Assembly (NCBI GenBank): GCA_963766715.1
Contig: CAVYBH010000013.1
Coordinates: forward strand, 96,001-160,000
From: an uncultured delta proteobacterium
Lineage (GTDB): Bacteria; Myxococcota; Myxococcia; Myxococcales; Anaeromyxobacteraceae
Reading direction: 5' to 3'
DNA length: 64,000 nucleotides
In this document: piece by piece, positions 1 to 10,843 of the stretch
How positions within the stretch are numbered: position 1 is the first letter of the stretch
How the letters are laid out: the number at the start of each line of letters is the position of its first letter
The notes under the pieces: generated by a model
Told to the model about the DNA's origin: nothing
Databases searched by the model: none
The model's input: only the letters and a program-made list of their open reading frames with translations
Position numbers and translations under genes: made by a program

Positions 1-289
1 GGCCGCGTCGAAGGGGCCGGTGGTGGCCGCCACCGACTACGTCCGGGCCTACGCCGACCAGATCCGCGCGTTCGTTCCCCGGCGGTACCTGGTGCTGGGG
101 ACCGACGGCTTCGGCCGCTCCGACACCCGGGAGCGGCTCCGCAGCTTCTTCGAGGTCGATCGGTTCCACGTCGTCGTGGCCGCGCTGAAGTCGCTCGCCG
201 ACGACGGCGTCCTTCCCCCCGCCCGGGCCGCCGAGGCGATGCGCAAGTACGGCATCGACGGCGACCGGCCCGCCCCCTGGACGGTGTAG
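1..289 (+). CDS. aceE: Pyruvate dehydrogenase E1 component, C-terminal fragment (5' truncated by window edge)
   Basis: VAATDYVRAYADQIR...LGTDGFGRSDTRERLRSFFEVD matches the AceE C-terminus; directly followed by aceF. Confidence 0.93.
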   Translation, partial: AASKGPVVAATDYVRAYADQIRAFVPRRYLVLGTDGFGRSDTRERLRSFFEVDRFHVVVAALKSLADDGVLPPARAAEAMRKYGIDGDRPAPWTV

Positions 290-291
290 CC

Positions 292-1604
292 ATGAGCCTG
301 CTCGAGGTCCGGGTTCCCAACATCGGCGGCTTCAAGGACGTCGGCGTGGTCGAGGTGCTCGTGAAGCCCGGCGACGCCGTGGCGGCGGACGCCTCGCTCG
401 TCACCCTGGAGTCGGACAAGGCCACGATGGACGTCCCCTCCCCGTTCGCCGGGACGGTCCGGGACGTGAGGGTCAAGGTGGGGGACCGGGTCGGAGAGGG
501 ATCGCTCGTGCTCCTGCTCGAGGCCGCTGCGGGGACCAGCCCGGGCGAGCCCCCTGCACCGGTCGCGGCCGCACCCGCAAGAGCCGCACCGGCCGCAGCG
601 GCTCCGTCGCAGGCGTCTGCCGCGCGCCCGCCGCTGCCCGCCCGCGCCGCCCCCTCGCCGCACCGGCGCCGGTCGCGCCGGCCTCCGTCGACGCGGCGAG
701 CGTTCCATCCGGGCAGTCCCACGCCTCGCCGTCGGTCCGGAAGGTGGCCCGCGAGCTCGGCGTGGACCTCGCCCGCGTCACCGGCACCGGCCCCCGCGGC
801 CGGGTGCTCCAGGAGGACGTCCAGCGGTTCGTGAAGCAGGCGCTGGCCGGCCAGGTCCCGGGCGGCGTGGGGCTCGACCTCCTCCCCTGGCCCAAGGTGG
901 ACTTCGCGCGCTTCGGCCCGGTCGAGACCCGCCCCCTGGGCCGGATTCGCCGAATCGCCGGCGCCAACCTGGCCCGGAACTGGGTGATGATCCCGCACGT
1001 CACCCAGTTCGACGAGGCGGACGTCACCGATCTCGAGTCCTTCCGGGTGCAGCTGAACCACGAGCAGGAGGGCAAGGGCCCGAAGGTCACGCTGCTCGCC
1101 TTCCTGGTGAAGGCGGTGGTGGCCTCGCTGCAGCGCTTCCCGGAGTTCAACTCCTCCCTCGACGGCGACAGCCTGGTCCTGAAGCGCTATTTCCACATCG
1201 GCTTCGCGGCGGACACGCCGAACGGCCTGGTGGTGCCGGTGGTCCGCGATGCCGACCGCAAGGGCGTCCTGGAGATCGCGCGGGAGCTCTCGGAGCTGGC
1301 GGCGAAGGCGCGGGAGGGGAAGCTCGCGGCGGCCGACATCCAGGGCGGGACCTTCTCGATCTCGAGCCTGGGGGGCATCGGCGGAACCGCCTTCACCCCC
1401 ATCGTGAACGCGCCGGAGGTCGCCATCCTGGGCGCCTCGCGGGTGGCCACGCGTCCGGTCTGGGACGGGGAGCGATTCGCGCCGCGCCAGGTCCTTCCGC
1501 TCTCCCTCTCCTACGACCACCGCGTGATCGACGGCGCCGCCGGCGCCCGGTTCACCACCCATCTCGCGGCGCTGCTGCGCGACATGCGTCGCGCGATGCT
1601 CTAG
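292..1604 (+). CDS. aceF: Dihydrolipoamide acetyltransferase E2 (one apparent frameshift in the Ala/Pro linker, ~650-720)
   Basis: Lipoyl domain LESDKATMDVPSP, E3-binding motif VTGTGPRGRV, catalytic LSLSYDHRVIDGA. Confidence 0.93.
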
Positions 1605-1729
1605 CGGCGCGGCAGCGGGGTCGAGGAGCACCGGGCGGGTCGTCGAGGCGCCGAGGGCCCCGGCTCGTGGCACGACCGGATCGGCTCACGATTCGCGGGG
1701 TTTGCGGGCGGCGCTGGCCTCGGCGCGGC

Positions 1730-1745
1730 TGGCACGCAGCGTGCT
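1730..1745 (+). promoter_or_regulatory. Putative sigma54 (-24/-12) promoter
   Basis: TGGCACG-CAGC-GTGCT gives GG-N10-GC about 50 nt upstream of the methyltransferase GTG. Confidence 0.6.
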
Positions 1746-1795
1746 GCTGGAAGCACCACGCTCCGGAACGGATCCGGGCGCACATCGGTGCACAC

Positions 1796-2860
1796 GTGCT
1801 CACGCTTCGACCGAACGACGTCGCCACCTGGACCGACCTGCTGCCGCAGGTCCTCGACGGACGGTTGGAGCCGGCGGGTCAGGGCGAGCAGCGGCTGGAG
1901 CCGGACCAGGTCGGCGCCTTCCGGTTCTTCGCGGGCACCTCGCTCGCCGCGCGTGCCGATCCCTCGCGCCTCGGAGTGGCTGGGAGCCGGGGCAGCGGTC
2001 GACGGACCCGAGCTGCGGGCGAGCGACTACGTCGCCGAGCTCCTGCTCCGGAACGGCCACCTGTCCGCGCCCTCCACGCCGTTCGCGGACCCCCGGGCCT
2101 TCGTCCACTTCACCCACTTGCCGGCCATGCGCGCCTGCCGCGCGGAGTTCGTGAGCTTCGCCATCGACTCCCTGCCGGAGGCGTCCGGGCCGCTCCGGGT
2201 GCTCGACGTGGGTTGCGGGGACGGGGAGCTGCTCGAGCTCCTGCTTCCGGCCCTGCTCGGCTCGGGGCGCTGGGACGAGGTGTCGGCCATCACCCTGCTC
2301 GACCCGTCCCCGGGCATGCTGTCCTCGGCCAAGGGACGCATCGCGGCCAGGTGGCCCGACGCACGCGTGGACGGGCGGGTGGCCAGGCTCGAGGACGTGG
2401 CCAGCTCCCTCGGGGGGCGCTACGACCTCGTCCTCGGGTCGCTCTCCCTCCACCACATGCCCGCCGAGGTGAAGCACCGGACACTGGCCGCCCTGGCCCC
2501 GGTCATGGACAACCTCCTCCTGCTCGAGCTGGACGCGGACCACGACTCCCCGGAGGTCGGGTCCCCCGCCTCGCGGCCTCGGTCCACCAGACCTACGGCT
2601 GGATGCTGGCCCAGATCCTCGGACCCGACACCCCCGATCCGGTGGCCCAGGAGAGCGCCGACCAGTTCGTCGCCCCCGAGCTGGTCTCCCTGCTCACCCG
2701 GCCCCGGGGCGCGCGCAGCGAGTACCACATGCCGCGCGGCGCGTGGCTCGACCTCCTGACCGACGCGCTCGGCCCGGACCTGCGCCCGCTCGGCGCCCGG
2801 ACCGCCCTCTCCACGCCGCACGCGGACCTGTTCGCGCTCCACCTCGGGCGCCCCGAGTAG
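1796..2860 (+). CDS. Class I SAM-dependent methyltransferase (apparent frameshifts ~1972 and ~2565)
   Basis: LRVLDVGCGDG motif I, LLDPSPGML, YDLVLGSLSLHH; joined from two reading frames. Confidence 0.75.
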   Translation: MLTLRPNDVATWTDLLPQVLDGRLEPAGQGEQRLEPDQVGAFRFFAGTSLAARADPSRLGVAGSRGSGRRTRAAGERLRRRAPAPERPPVRALHAVRGPPGLRPLHPLAGHARLPRGVRELRHRLPAGGVRAAPGARRGLRGRGAARAPASGPARLGALGRGVGHHPARPVPGHAVLGQGTHRGQVARRTRGRAGGQARGRGQLPRGALRPRPRVALPPPHARRGEAPDTGRPGPGHGQPPPARAGRGPRLPGGRVPRLAASVHQTYGWMLAQILGPDTPDPVAQESADQFVAPELVSLLTRPRGARSEYHMPRGAWLDLLTDALGPDLRPLGARTALSTPHADLFALHLGRPE

Positions 2861-2988
2861 GCCGGCCGAGGGAGCCGGGCTCGTCGTCATAGCCGGGCAA
2901 CGGCCCCTTCGCACCGCCCCGATTGCCCCTCCGGGAACCGGCTCTTTCGCCTGCGCGAAGGGTTCCGGAGCGATTAATACGCTCGGCC

Positions 2989-4127
2989 ATGACGACGAAG
3001 ACCAAGCTCTGGATCGCCGTCGGCCTCGGCCTCGTGGCCGTCGTCGGCGTGCTCGTCGGGGTCAAGGCGACTCCAGAATCGGCTCGATGATCAAGGCGGG
3101 GAAGTCGTTCGTTCCCCCTCCCGAGGCCGTGACCACCACGCAGGTGGAGGCGGCCAACTGGCAACCCATCCAGGCGGCCAGCGGGACGCTCGTCGCCTTC
3201 CGGGGCGTCACGGTCGGGTCCGAGCTCCCGGGCGCCATCCGCGAGGTCTCCTTCGACTCCGGCACCTACGTGAAGAAGGGCGCCGTGCTCCTGAAGCTCG
3301 ACTCGTCGACCGAGGAAGCGCAGCTGGCGTCGGCCCTGGCGGACGAGAACCTGGCTCGCCTGAACTACGAGCGCGCCGTCGAGGTCCGCAAGGGGCAGGC
3401 CAACACCCCTGCCGATCTCGACGCGGCGGAGGCCCGCTACAAGCAGGCCCAGGCGGCCGTGAACACGCTCAGGACCACCATCGCGAAGAAGTCGATCCGC
3501 GCCCCCTTCGACGGCCGCATCGCCATCCGTCAGGTCGAGGTGGGCCAGGTCCTCGCGGCCGGCGCACCGGTCGCATCCCTCCAGTCGGTCACGCCAATCT
3601 ACGTCGAGTTCTCCTTGCCCCAGCAGGCGCTCGCCCGGCTCAAGGTGGGCCAGCCAATCCACCTGCACACGGACACCTTCCCGGGTGCCACGTGGAACGG
3701 GAAGGTCAGCACCATCAACACCGAGGTGGACGTCGCCACCCGGAACGTGCGGGTCCGCGCCACCGTCCCGAACGACGACGGCCGGCTCCGTCCGGGCATG
3801 TTCGGGAACGTCGAGGTCCTCTCGCCAGAGAAGGTCCCGGTGCTGCTCGTGCCGGCCACGGCCGTCATCTTCGCCCCGTACGGCGACTCGGTGTTCGTGC
3901 TCGACGCGAAGAAGGGAGCCGACGGGAAGGACGAGCTCGTCGTCCAGCAGCGCTTCGTCCGGCTGGGCGAGCGGCGCGGCGATCTCGTCGCCGTCGTGTC
4001 GGGACTCAAGGCCGGGGAGACCGTGGTGAGCAGCGGCGCCTTCAAGCTGCGAAGCGGCGCGGCGGTGGTGGTCAAGAACGACATGGCCCCCGACGTCCAG
4101 CTCAATCCCAAGCCGGCCGAGAACTAG
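2989..4127 (+). CDS. RND efflux periplasmic adaptor (membrane fusion protein); frameshift ~3070
   Basis: N-terminal hydrophobic anchor, SIRAPFDGRI, LRPGMF, VVSGLKAGETVV motifs. Confidence 0.9.
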
Positions 4128-4136
4128 GCGCCAGCC

Positions 4137-7100
4137 ATGAAGTTCACCGACCTCTTCATCCGCCGTCCCGTCATCGCGATCGTCGTCAACCTCATCATCG
4201 TGATCGCCGGCCTCCAGGCGATCCGCACCCTGAACGTCCGCCAGTACCCCCGCAGCGAGAACGCCGCCGTCACCGTCACCACCGTCTACGTGGGCGCCAG
4301 CGCGGCGCTGGTGCGCGGGTTCATCACCACGCCGCTCGAGCGGGCCATCGCGGCGGCCGACGGCATCGACTACATCGAGTCGGAGAGCAAGCAGAACGTC
4401 TCGACCATCCGGGCCCGCCTGCGGCTCAACTACGACGCGAACCGCGCCCTCTCCGAGATCGCCTCCAAGGTGAACCAGGTCCGCGGCGACCTGCCGCCCG
4501 AGGCCGAGCTCCCCATCATCAACATCGAGTCGGCCGACAGCCAGTTCGCCTCCGCCTACCTGAGCTTCTCCTCCCAGTTCCTGAAGCAGAACGAGATCAC
4601 CGACTACCTGGTTCGCGTGGTCCAGCCCCGCCTCTCCGCGGTCGAGGGCGTGCAGCGCGCCGACATCCTGGGCGCCCGCACCTTCGCCATGCGCATCTGG
4701 CTCAAGCCCGACCGGATGGCCGCGCTCAACGTGAGCCCGGCCCAGGTCCGCCAGGCGCTGGCGGCCAACAACTACCTGTCCGCGGTGGGCCAGACGAAGG
4801 GCTCCCTCGTCCAGGTCAACCTGACCGCCAACACCGACCTGCGCTCCGTCCGCGAGTTCCAGCGGATGGTGATCCGGGAGCGGGACGGATCGGTGGTGCG
4901 CCTCGGCGACGTGGCCGACGTGGCCCTCGGCGCCGAGGACTACGACGTCATGGTCAACTTCAGCGGCGACACGGCGGTGTTCGTCGGCATCTGGGCGCTC
5001 CCCAACGCCAACTCCCTCGACGTCATCAAGCGCGTCCGGGCGGAGATGGAGGTCATCAAGAAGGAGCTGCCGGAGCAGATCAAGGCCACCATCGCCTACG
5101 ACGGGACGGCCTACATCCAGAACGCCATCGACGAGGTGGTGCAGACGCTCCTCGAGACCATCCTCATCGTCATCGTGGTCATCTTCCTCTTCCTGGGATC
5201 GCTCCGGTCGGTGCTGGTCCCGGTGGTGGCCATCCCGGTCTCGCTGGTGGGCGCCGTCTTCCTGATGCAGCTGTTCGGCTTCACCATCAACCTGCTCACC
5301 CTGCTGGCCGTGGTCCTCTCCGTCGGCCTCGTGGTCGACGACGCCATCGTGGTGGTCGAGAACGTGGAGCGGCACGTCCGCGAGGGGATGAAGCCCATCG
5401 ACGCCGCCATCGTCGGCGCGCGCGAGCTGGTCGGGCCCATCATCTCGATGACCATCACCCTCGCCGCGGTGTACGCGCCCATCGCCTTCCAGGGCGGCCT
5501 GACCGGATCGCTCTTCCGCGAGTTCGCGCTCACCCTGGCCGGCGCGGTCACCATCTCCGGCGTCGTGGCCCTGACCCTGTCGCCGATGATGTCCGCCCGG
5601 CTGATCACCAGCGGGCACGAGGACAAGGGGCTCTCCGGCCTCGTGAACCGCACCTTCGAGCGGGTGAAGGCCACCTACGCCCGCCACCTCGAGGCCTCCT
5701 TCAAGGCCCGCGGCATCATCTACACCGCGTGGGCCGTGATCTCGCTGCTCGCCGTGGCCATGTTCCTCCAGTCGCCCGCGCGAGCTGGCCCCGGTCGAGG
5801 ACCAGGGCGTGATCTTCGGGGTCGTGAACACCCCGGCCAACTCCACCCTCGACCAGGTCGGCCCAGTCGACGCGGGAGGTGAACCGGATGCTGATGGGGA
5901 TCCCGGAGACCAACTTCACCTTCCAGATCACCTTCCCGTCCGGCGGGTTCTGGGGCGACGGGCTCAAGCCCTGGAAGGAGCGGAAGCGGACGGCGGCCCA
6001 GATCCTCCCCGAGGTCCAGCAGAAGGTCGGCGCCGTGCCCGGGATCCAGACCTTCCCCATCCTCCCGCCGGCGCTGCCCGGAGGCGGGAACTTCCCGGTG
6101 GAGTTCGTCATCGCCTCCACCGCCGACGCCTCCGAGATCCTGAGCTTCGCGAAGCAGCTCCAGGAGAAGGCCGCGAAGAGCGGGATCTTCGCCTTCCCGC
6201 CGCTCATCGACGTGAAGGTCGACCAGCCCGAGGCGGAGATCGTCATCGACCGGGAGAAGGTCGCCCAGCTGGGGCTGAACCTCCAGAGCGTGGGCCAGGA
6301 CATCTCCGCCGCGGTGGGCGGCAACTTCGTCAACCGCTTCAGCGTCGACGGGCGCAGCTACAAGGTCATCCCGCAGATCTCCCGGGTCGACCGGCTCAAC
6401 CCCGAGCAGCTGAAGGACATCTACGTCACCGGCCCGAACGGCCAGCTGGTGTCGCTCTCCTCCATCGCCACCATCAAGGACTCGGTCACGCCCCGATCGC
6501 TGAACCGCTTCCAGCAGCTGAACGCCGTGAAGATCTCGGGGGTGGCCATCCGGCCGCTCGACGAGGCGCTCCGGTACCTGGAGGACGAGGCGGCCGCGCA
6601 TCCTGCCCAAGGGATACGTCGTCGACTACACCGGCGAGTCGCGCCAGCTGCGCGTCGAGGGCAACAAGTTCGGTCCGGCGTTCCTGCTCTCCATCGTGCT
6701 GATCTTCCTGATCCTGGCCGCGCAGTTCAACAGCTTCCGGGACCCGTTCGTCATCCTGATGGGCTCGGTGCCGCTCGCCATGTTCGGCTCGCTCGCCCTC
6801 ACCTTCCTCAAGATGCCGAACCCGAACATGCCCTTCTGGACCGACGGGTGGACGACGACGCTCAACGTCTACTCCCAGGTGGGGCTGGTCACCCTCGTCG
6901 GCCTGGTCGCGAAGAACGGGATCCTCATCGTGCAGTTCGCGAACGAGCTGCAGCGGGAGGGCCAATCCAAGGTGGAGGCGGTGAAGAACGCGGCGGTGAT
7001 CCGGCTCCGCCCCATCCTCATGACGAGCGCGGCCACCATCTTCGGCCACCTGCCCCTGACCTTCGTGTCCGGGCCCGGCGCCGCGGCCCGGAACAGCATC

Positions 7101-7241
7101 GGGCTCGTGCTCGTGGCCGGAATGGCCGTCGGCACGGCCTTCACGGTCTTCTTCGTCCCCGCCATCTACCTGCTCATCGCCCGCGACCACGGGAAGAAGC
7201 GGGTGGCCGAGTTCGTGCCCCTACCCGAGGGGGGCCAGTAG
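4137..7241 (+). CDS. RND efflux permease, AcrB/MexW-like (frameshifts ~5775, ~5865, ~6598)
   Basis: MKFTDLFIRRPV start, GLVVDDAIVVVENVER, GLVAKNGILIV, RLRPILMT. Confidence 0.92.
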
Positions 7242-7324
7242 CAGGCCCGAGGCGTCACGGCGTGCTTCAACGCCCCGGGGATCCTGGGGTACGATGCGCG
7301 ACCGCTCGAGCGGGAGGGAGAACC

Positions 7325-7759
7325 ATGGCCATCATCGAGAAGCGATACAACCGCGACATCGTCGCCCTGGACGCATCCGCGTCGGTCACCGAGGCCGCCC
7401 GCGTGATGGCCGATCGACGCATCGGATCGGTCGGCGTGCGCCGCGAGGGCAAGGTCGTCGGGCTGGTCACCGAGCGCACGCTGGTCTTCCGCGCCATGGC
7501 GACCGGCGAGGTCGGCAAGGCCACCCTGGGCGAGATCGTCCGCACCGACATGCCCACCGTCGGCCCCGACACGGAGGACCGCGAGGTCGCCGACGTCATG
7601 CGCCGGAACTTCACCCGTCACCTGCTCGTGAAGGACGGCGGCGCGGTGGTCGGCGTGGTCTCCATGCTCGACGTCCTCCAGCTCATGCTGGACGAGAAGG
7701 ACTGGCTCACCACGCAGCTGCAGCAGTACATCAAGGGCGGCCGCGGGGTGGCCTGGTAG
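7325..7759 (+). CDS. CBS domain-containing protein
   Basis: SD GGGAGGGAG; tandem CBS motifs (SVTEAARVMADRRIGSV, RHLLVKDGGAVVGVVSMLD). Confidence 0.85.
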   Translation: MAIIEKRYNRDIVALDASASVTEAARVMADRRIGSVGVRREGKVVGLVTERTLVFRAMATGEVGKATLGEIVRTDMPTVGPDTEDREVADVMRRNFTRHLLVKDGGAVVGVVSMLDVLQLMLDEKDWLTTQLQQYIKGGRGVAW

Positions 7760-7783
7760 CGTCGCGGCGGGTCCCTCCCCGCC

Positions 7784-9065
7784 TCAGCGGGGCAGCGTCT
7801 CCAGCGCCTGCCGGAGGTCGGCGATCAGGTCCTCCGGGGTCTCGATGCCGACCGAGAGCCGGATCACGCCGTCGGTGATTCCCGCGCGCAGGCGCGCCTC
7901 CGGGGTCATCGACGCGTGGGTCATCGAGGCCGGGTGGGCGACGAGGCTCTCCACCCCCCCGAGGCTCTCCGCCAGCGTGAACCAGCGCAGGCTCCGCAGG
8001 ACGTGGTCCACGCGGTCCTGGCGGAAGTCCACGAGCTCGAAGCTCACCATCCCGCCGAATCCGGCCTGCTGGGCCCGCGCGAGCGCGTGCTGGGGGTGGC
8101 TCTCCAGCCCCGGGTAGTGGACCTTCGCCACCGCCGGGTGCGCGGCGAGGAACCGGGCCACCGCGTGCGCGCCGACCTCGTGGGCCTTCATGCGCAGGAG
8201 CAGCGTCTTCAGGCCCCGCAGCACGAGGAAGCAGTCGTGCGGGCTCTGCGAGGTCCCGAGCAGGTTGTTCATGCTCTGGATGCGCTGCAGGAGCGCCGTC
8301 TGGCCGGGCGCCGCCACGACCGCTCCGCCGACCACGTCGCTGTGGCCGTTCAGGTACTTGGTGGTCGAGTGGACCACCAGGTCCGCGCCCGACTGGAAGG
8401 GCTTCTGCAGCACCGGCGAGAGGAAGGTGTTGTCCACCACGGTGAGGGCGCCGCCGGCGCGCGCCAGCGAGGCCACGGCGCGGATGTCGGTGATGCCGGA
8501 GCAGCGGGTTCGACGGCGTCTCGATCCAGACCATCCGCGTGTTGTTGCGGAAGGCCGCCGCGACCGCGCCGAGGTCGGCCAGGTCGAGGTAGGTGACCTG
8601 GAGCCCGTAGGCGGACTTGGCGTGCTCGAGGGCCCGGAAGGTGCCCCCGTAGCAGTCGACGGTGCAGATGAGGTGGCTGCCGGCCGGGAGCAGGTTGAGC
8701 GCCACGATCACCGCGCTCATCCCGGTGGTGGTGCAGGTCGCGCCCGCCCCGCCCTCCAGGAGCGCGATGGCCTCCTCGAGCGCCGCCCGCGTCGGGTTCC
8801 CGCTCCGCGTGTAGTCGTAGCCGGCGTTCGTGCAGACGTCGCGGAAGGCGAAGGTGGAGCTCTGGTAGATGGGCGGCATCACCGCGCCATAGGCCGGGTC
8901 GGGCTGCACGCCGGCGTGGACGCACTGGGTGGCGAGCCCGGCGCCTGGCACCAGGGGCGCCCGCCGGGCCCACCCCACCCTTCCCGGCGTGCCCGCGGGC
9001 ACGATGGTGAAGTGGTAGGCGGGGTTGCCGGGGACGTTCGGGTCGAGATGGACTTCGTCGGTCAT
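7784..9065 (-). CDS. metB: Cystathionine gamma-synthase/lyase family PLP enzyme (frameshift ~8497)
   Basis: YDYTRSGNPTR, WIETPSNPLL, HSTTKYLNGHSD (PLP lysine), LAESLGGVESL; metB versus metC/CGL not resolved. Confidence 0.85.
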
Positions 9066-9174
9066 GACGGGTTGGTAGCCGCTCGCGGGCCCGAAGACAA
9101 CCCTCGATCGACCCGGCGAGGGCGGGGGCCTCCCCGTCGGCGGCGTCGAGGGGCGAGGGTCCGTAGCCGGAGCC

Positions 9175-9837
9175 CTAGAAGCTGCCCGAGGCCGCCACGA
9201 CGACGAACTGGTCCACCTGCCCCGGGGCGAAGAAGTAGACCGTCGCGGCCAGCTTCCAGAAGTTGATCCCGACGAGCGGCCCACCCTGCACCTGGGTCGT
9301 GGTCTGGAAGGCGCGCGTTCGCTGGAGCACGAGGCCGACCCGGAGCCACTCGGGTCCCGTCACGCTGAACTCGCTCCAGGCGTAGAGATAGCTCTGGGTG
9401 TTGTCGCCGAGGTCGAACACGTACTCGCTCTGCGACCACCACGTGAGCGGACCCCACGAGAGGACGAGGGTGAGTCCGGGTGCCACACCTTTCAACTGCC
9501 CGAAGACGCCGCCCACCATGGGCGTGAGATCGAGCGTCAGGTCTTCACCGAAGGAGAAGTTCCAGCCGACCCACGCCGAACCCGTATCCCGGGCCTCGTA
9601 GTTGTAGCGCCCCTCCAGGTGCAGACCGCCACGGTCCACCGCCAGCGTCGGCTGGAAGTACGCGGGCTCCCCGGGGACGACGTAGAGCAGGAGGGAGGGG
9701 CTCCATTCCCAGGAAGTCGATTCCCGGGCGGCCGGTTCTGGCGTGCCTTCCGTCGCCCGGCCCGGCCCGGGAGCGGCGAGCACTGCCAGGAGGCCAACCA
9801 CCAGGACTCGCGCGGCGGCCTTCCGGGGATCGGGCAT
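9175..9837 (-). CDS. Hypothetical exported protein, probable outer-membrane beta-barrel
   Basis: Signal-peptide-like N-terminus, alternating aromatic/hydrophobic strands, C-terminal Phe (VVAASGSF). Confidence 0.65.
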   Translation of the reverse strand: MPDPRKAAARVLVVGLLAVLAAPGPGRATEGTPEPAARESTSWEWSPSLLLYVVPGEPAYFQPTLAVDRGGLHLEGRYNYEARDTGSAWVGWNFSFGEDLTLDLTPMVGGVFGQLKGVAPGLTLVLSWGPLTWWSQSEYVFDLGDNTQSYLYAWSEFSVTGPEWLRVGLVLQRTRAFQTTTQVQGGPLVGINFWKLAATVYFFAPGQVDQFVVVAASGSF

Positions 9838-9951
9838 GGGGACGGAGGCTAGCAGGACTCGGCCGGAGTCGTGACGCGTTTTTCCCAGTACCTGCCGAAC
9901 GTTGCGCGGAGGCTGGGCCCGCCTCGTCACGGTGGGTCAACGGCGGGCAAT

Positions 9952-9986
9952 GAAAAGCCCCGCCACCGGGACGACGGTGACGGGGC
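9952..9986 (-). terminator. Intrinsic terminator after the tRNA-Gln/tRNA-Glu pair
   Basis: GCCCCG.CACCG/CGGTG.CGGGGC hairpin followed by TTTTCA on the minus strand. Confidence 0.7.
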
Positions 9987-9989
9987 AAC

Positions 9990-10064
<75 letters not shown>

Positions 10065-10135
10065 AGAGAACTCCCCTGTTGCTGCTGTGCTGCGGTGCTG
10101 CTTTTGGGTTGCCTGGAAGTCAACCCGCTGCAAAG

Positions 10136-10209
10136 TGGCTGGGGGACTAGGATTCGAACCTAGATAGCATGATCCAGAGCCATGCGTCCTGCCGTTAGAC
10201 AATCCCCCA
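10136..10209 (-). tRNA. tRNA-Gln(CTG)
   Basis: TGGGGGATTGTCTAACGGCAGGAC...CATGG-CTCTGGA-TCATG...GGTTCGAATCC...CCCCCAGCCA. Confidence 0.95.
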
Positions 10210-10240
10210 CCGAGCCCGTGGAAGTGTCCGCGAGGGGCGG

Positions 10241-10269
10241 TTTGTAGCCGCTAGCGGCCCGGAGGTCAA
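10241..10269 (-). promoter_or_regulatory. Sigma70 promoter of the tRNA-Gln/Glu operon
   Basis: TTGACC-17 nt-TACAAA on the minus strand. Confidence 0.7.
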
Positions 10270-10288
10270 GCGCGACTGACGCCCCGCT

Positions 10289-10834
10289 TCACCTCCAGAC
10301 GCCCACGGTCTTCCCGTGGTGGCCCGCCTCCCGGAGCACCAGCCTCCCCCCCTTCACGGCCGCCCCAGCCGCAGGACCGACCCACCAGCCCTTGGGGTCG
10401 CTCCGGCGCCAGGACTTCCGGAAGAACTGGTTCACCTCCTCGAAGATCTGCCGGAGCACGACCGGCTTGCCGATGCGGGATCCGGGGTCGTCGTTGACGT
10501 CCAGCTCCGACCAGAGGCGCCCCCCGACCAGCTCCCCCTTCTCGTTGGGGACGGAGCGCTCGTAGTGGAACACCGGGGACGGCAGCTCCTCGATCTCGAG
10601 CATGCCCTTGTCCCGCCCCCGCGCCAGCTGCCGGACGATGATCGCGCCGTGCTTCTCGGCCGCCAGGTAGTAGGCCGGCTCCACGAGGAGCGCCTGCGCC
10701 TTGTCGTCGACCGGGATCCCCACGGTCCCCGGGGGGAAGGTCTCGGGGTAGAGCGTGAGCTCCTTCTGCGCCAGCATCCGGAAGAGCGAACGCTCGTCCT
10801 CCGGCAACATGAAGTACTTGAGGGTGGCGGCCAC
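10289..10834 (-). CDS. Conserved hypothetical protein
   Basis: 181-aa ORF with native codon style, directly downstream of the 12505 gene. Confidence 0.7.
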   Translation of the reverse strand: MAATLKYFMLPEDERSLFRMLAQKELTLYPETFPPGTVGIPVDDKAQALLVEPAYYLAAEKHGAIIVRQLARGRDKGMLEIEELPSPVFHYERSVPNEKGELVGGRLWSELDVNDDPGSRIGKPVVLRQIFEEVNQFFRKSWRRSDPKGWWVGPAAGAAVKGGRLVLREAGHHGKTVGVWR

Positions 10835-10843
10835 GGTCTCGTC

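Noticed and set aside
10065..10135. TGCTG-rich short repeats in the tRNA spacer
   Set aside because: Short, irregular low-complexity sequence with no unit structure
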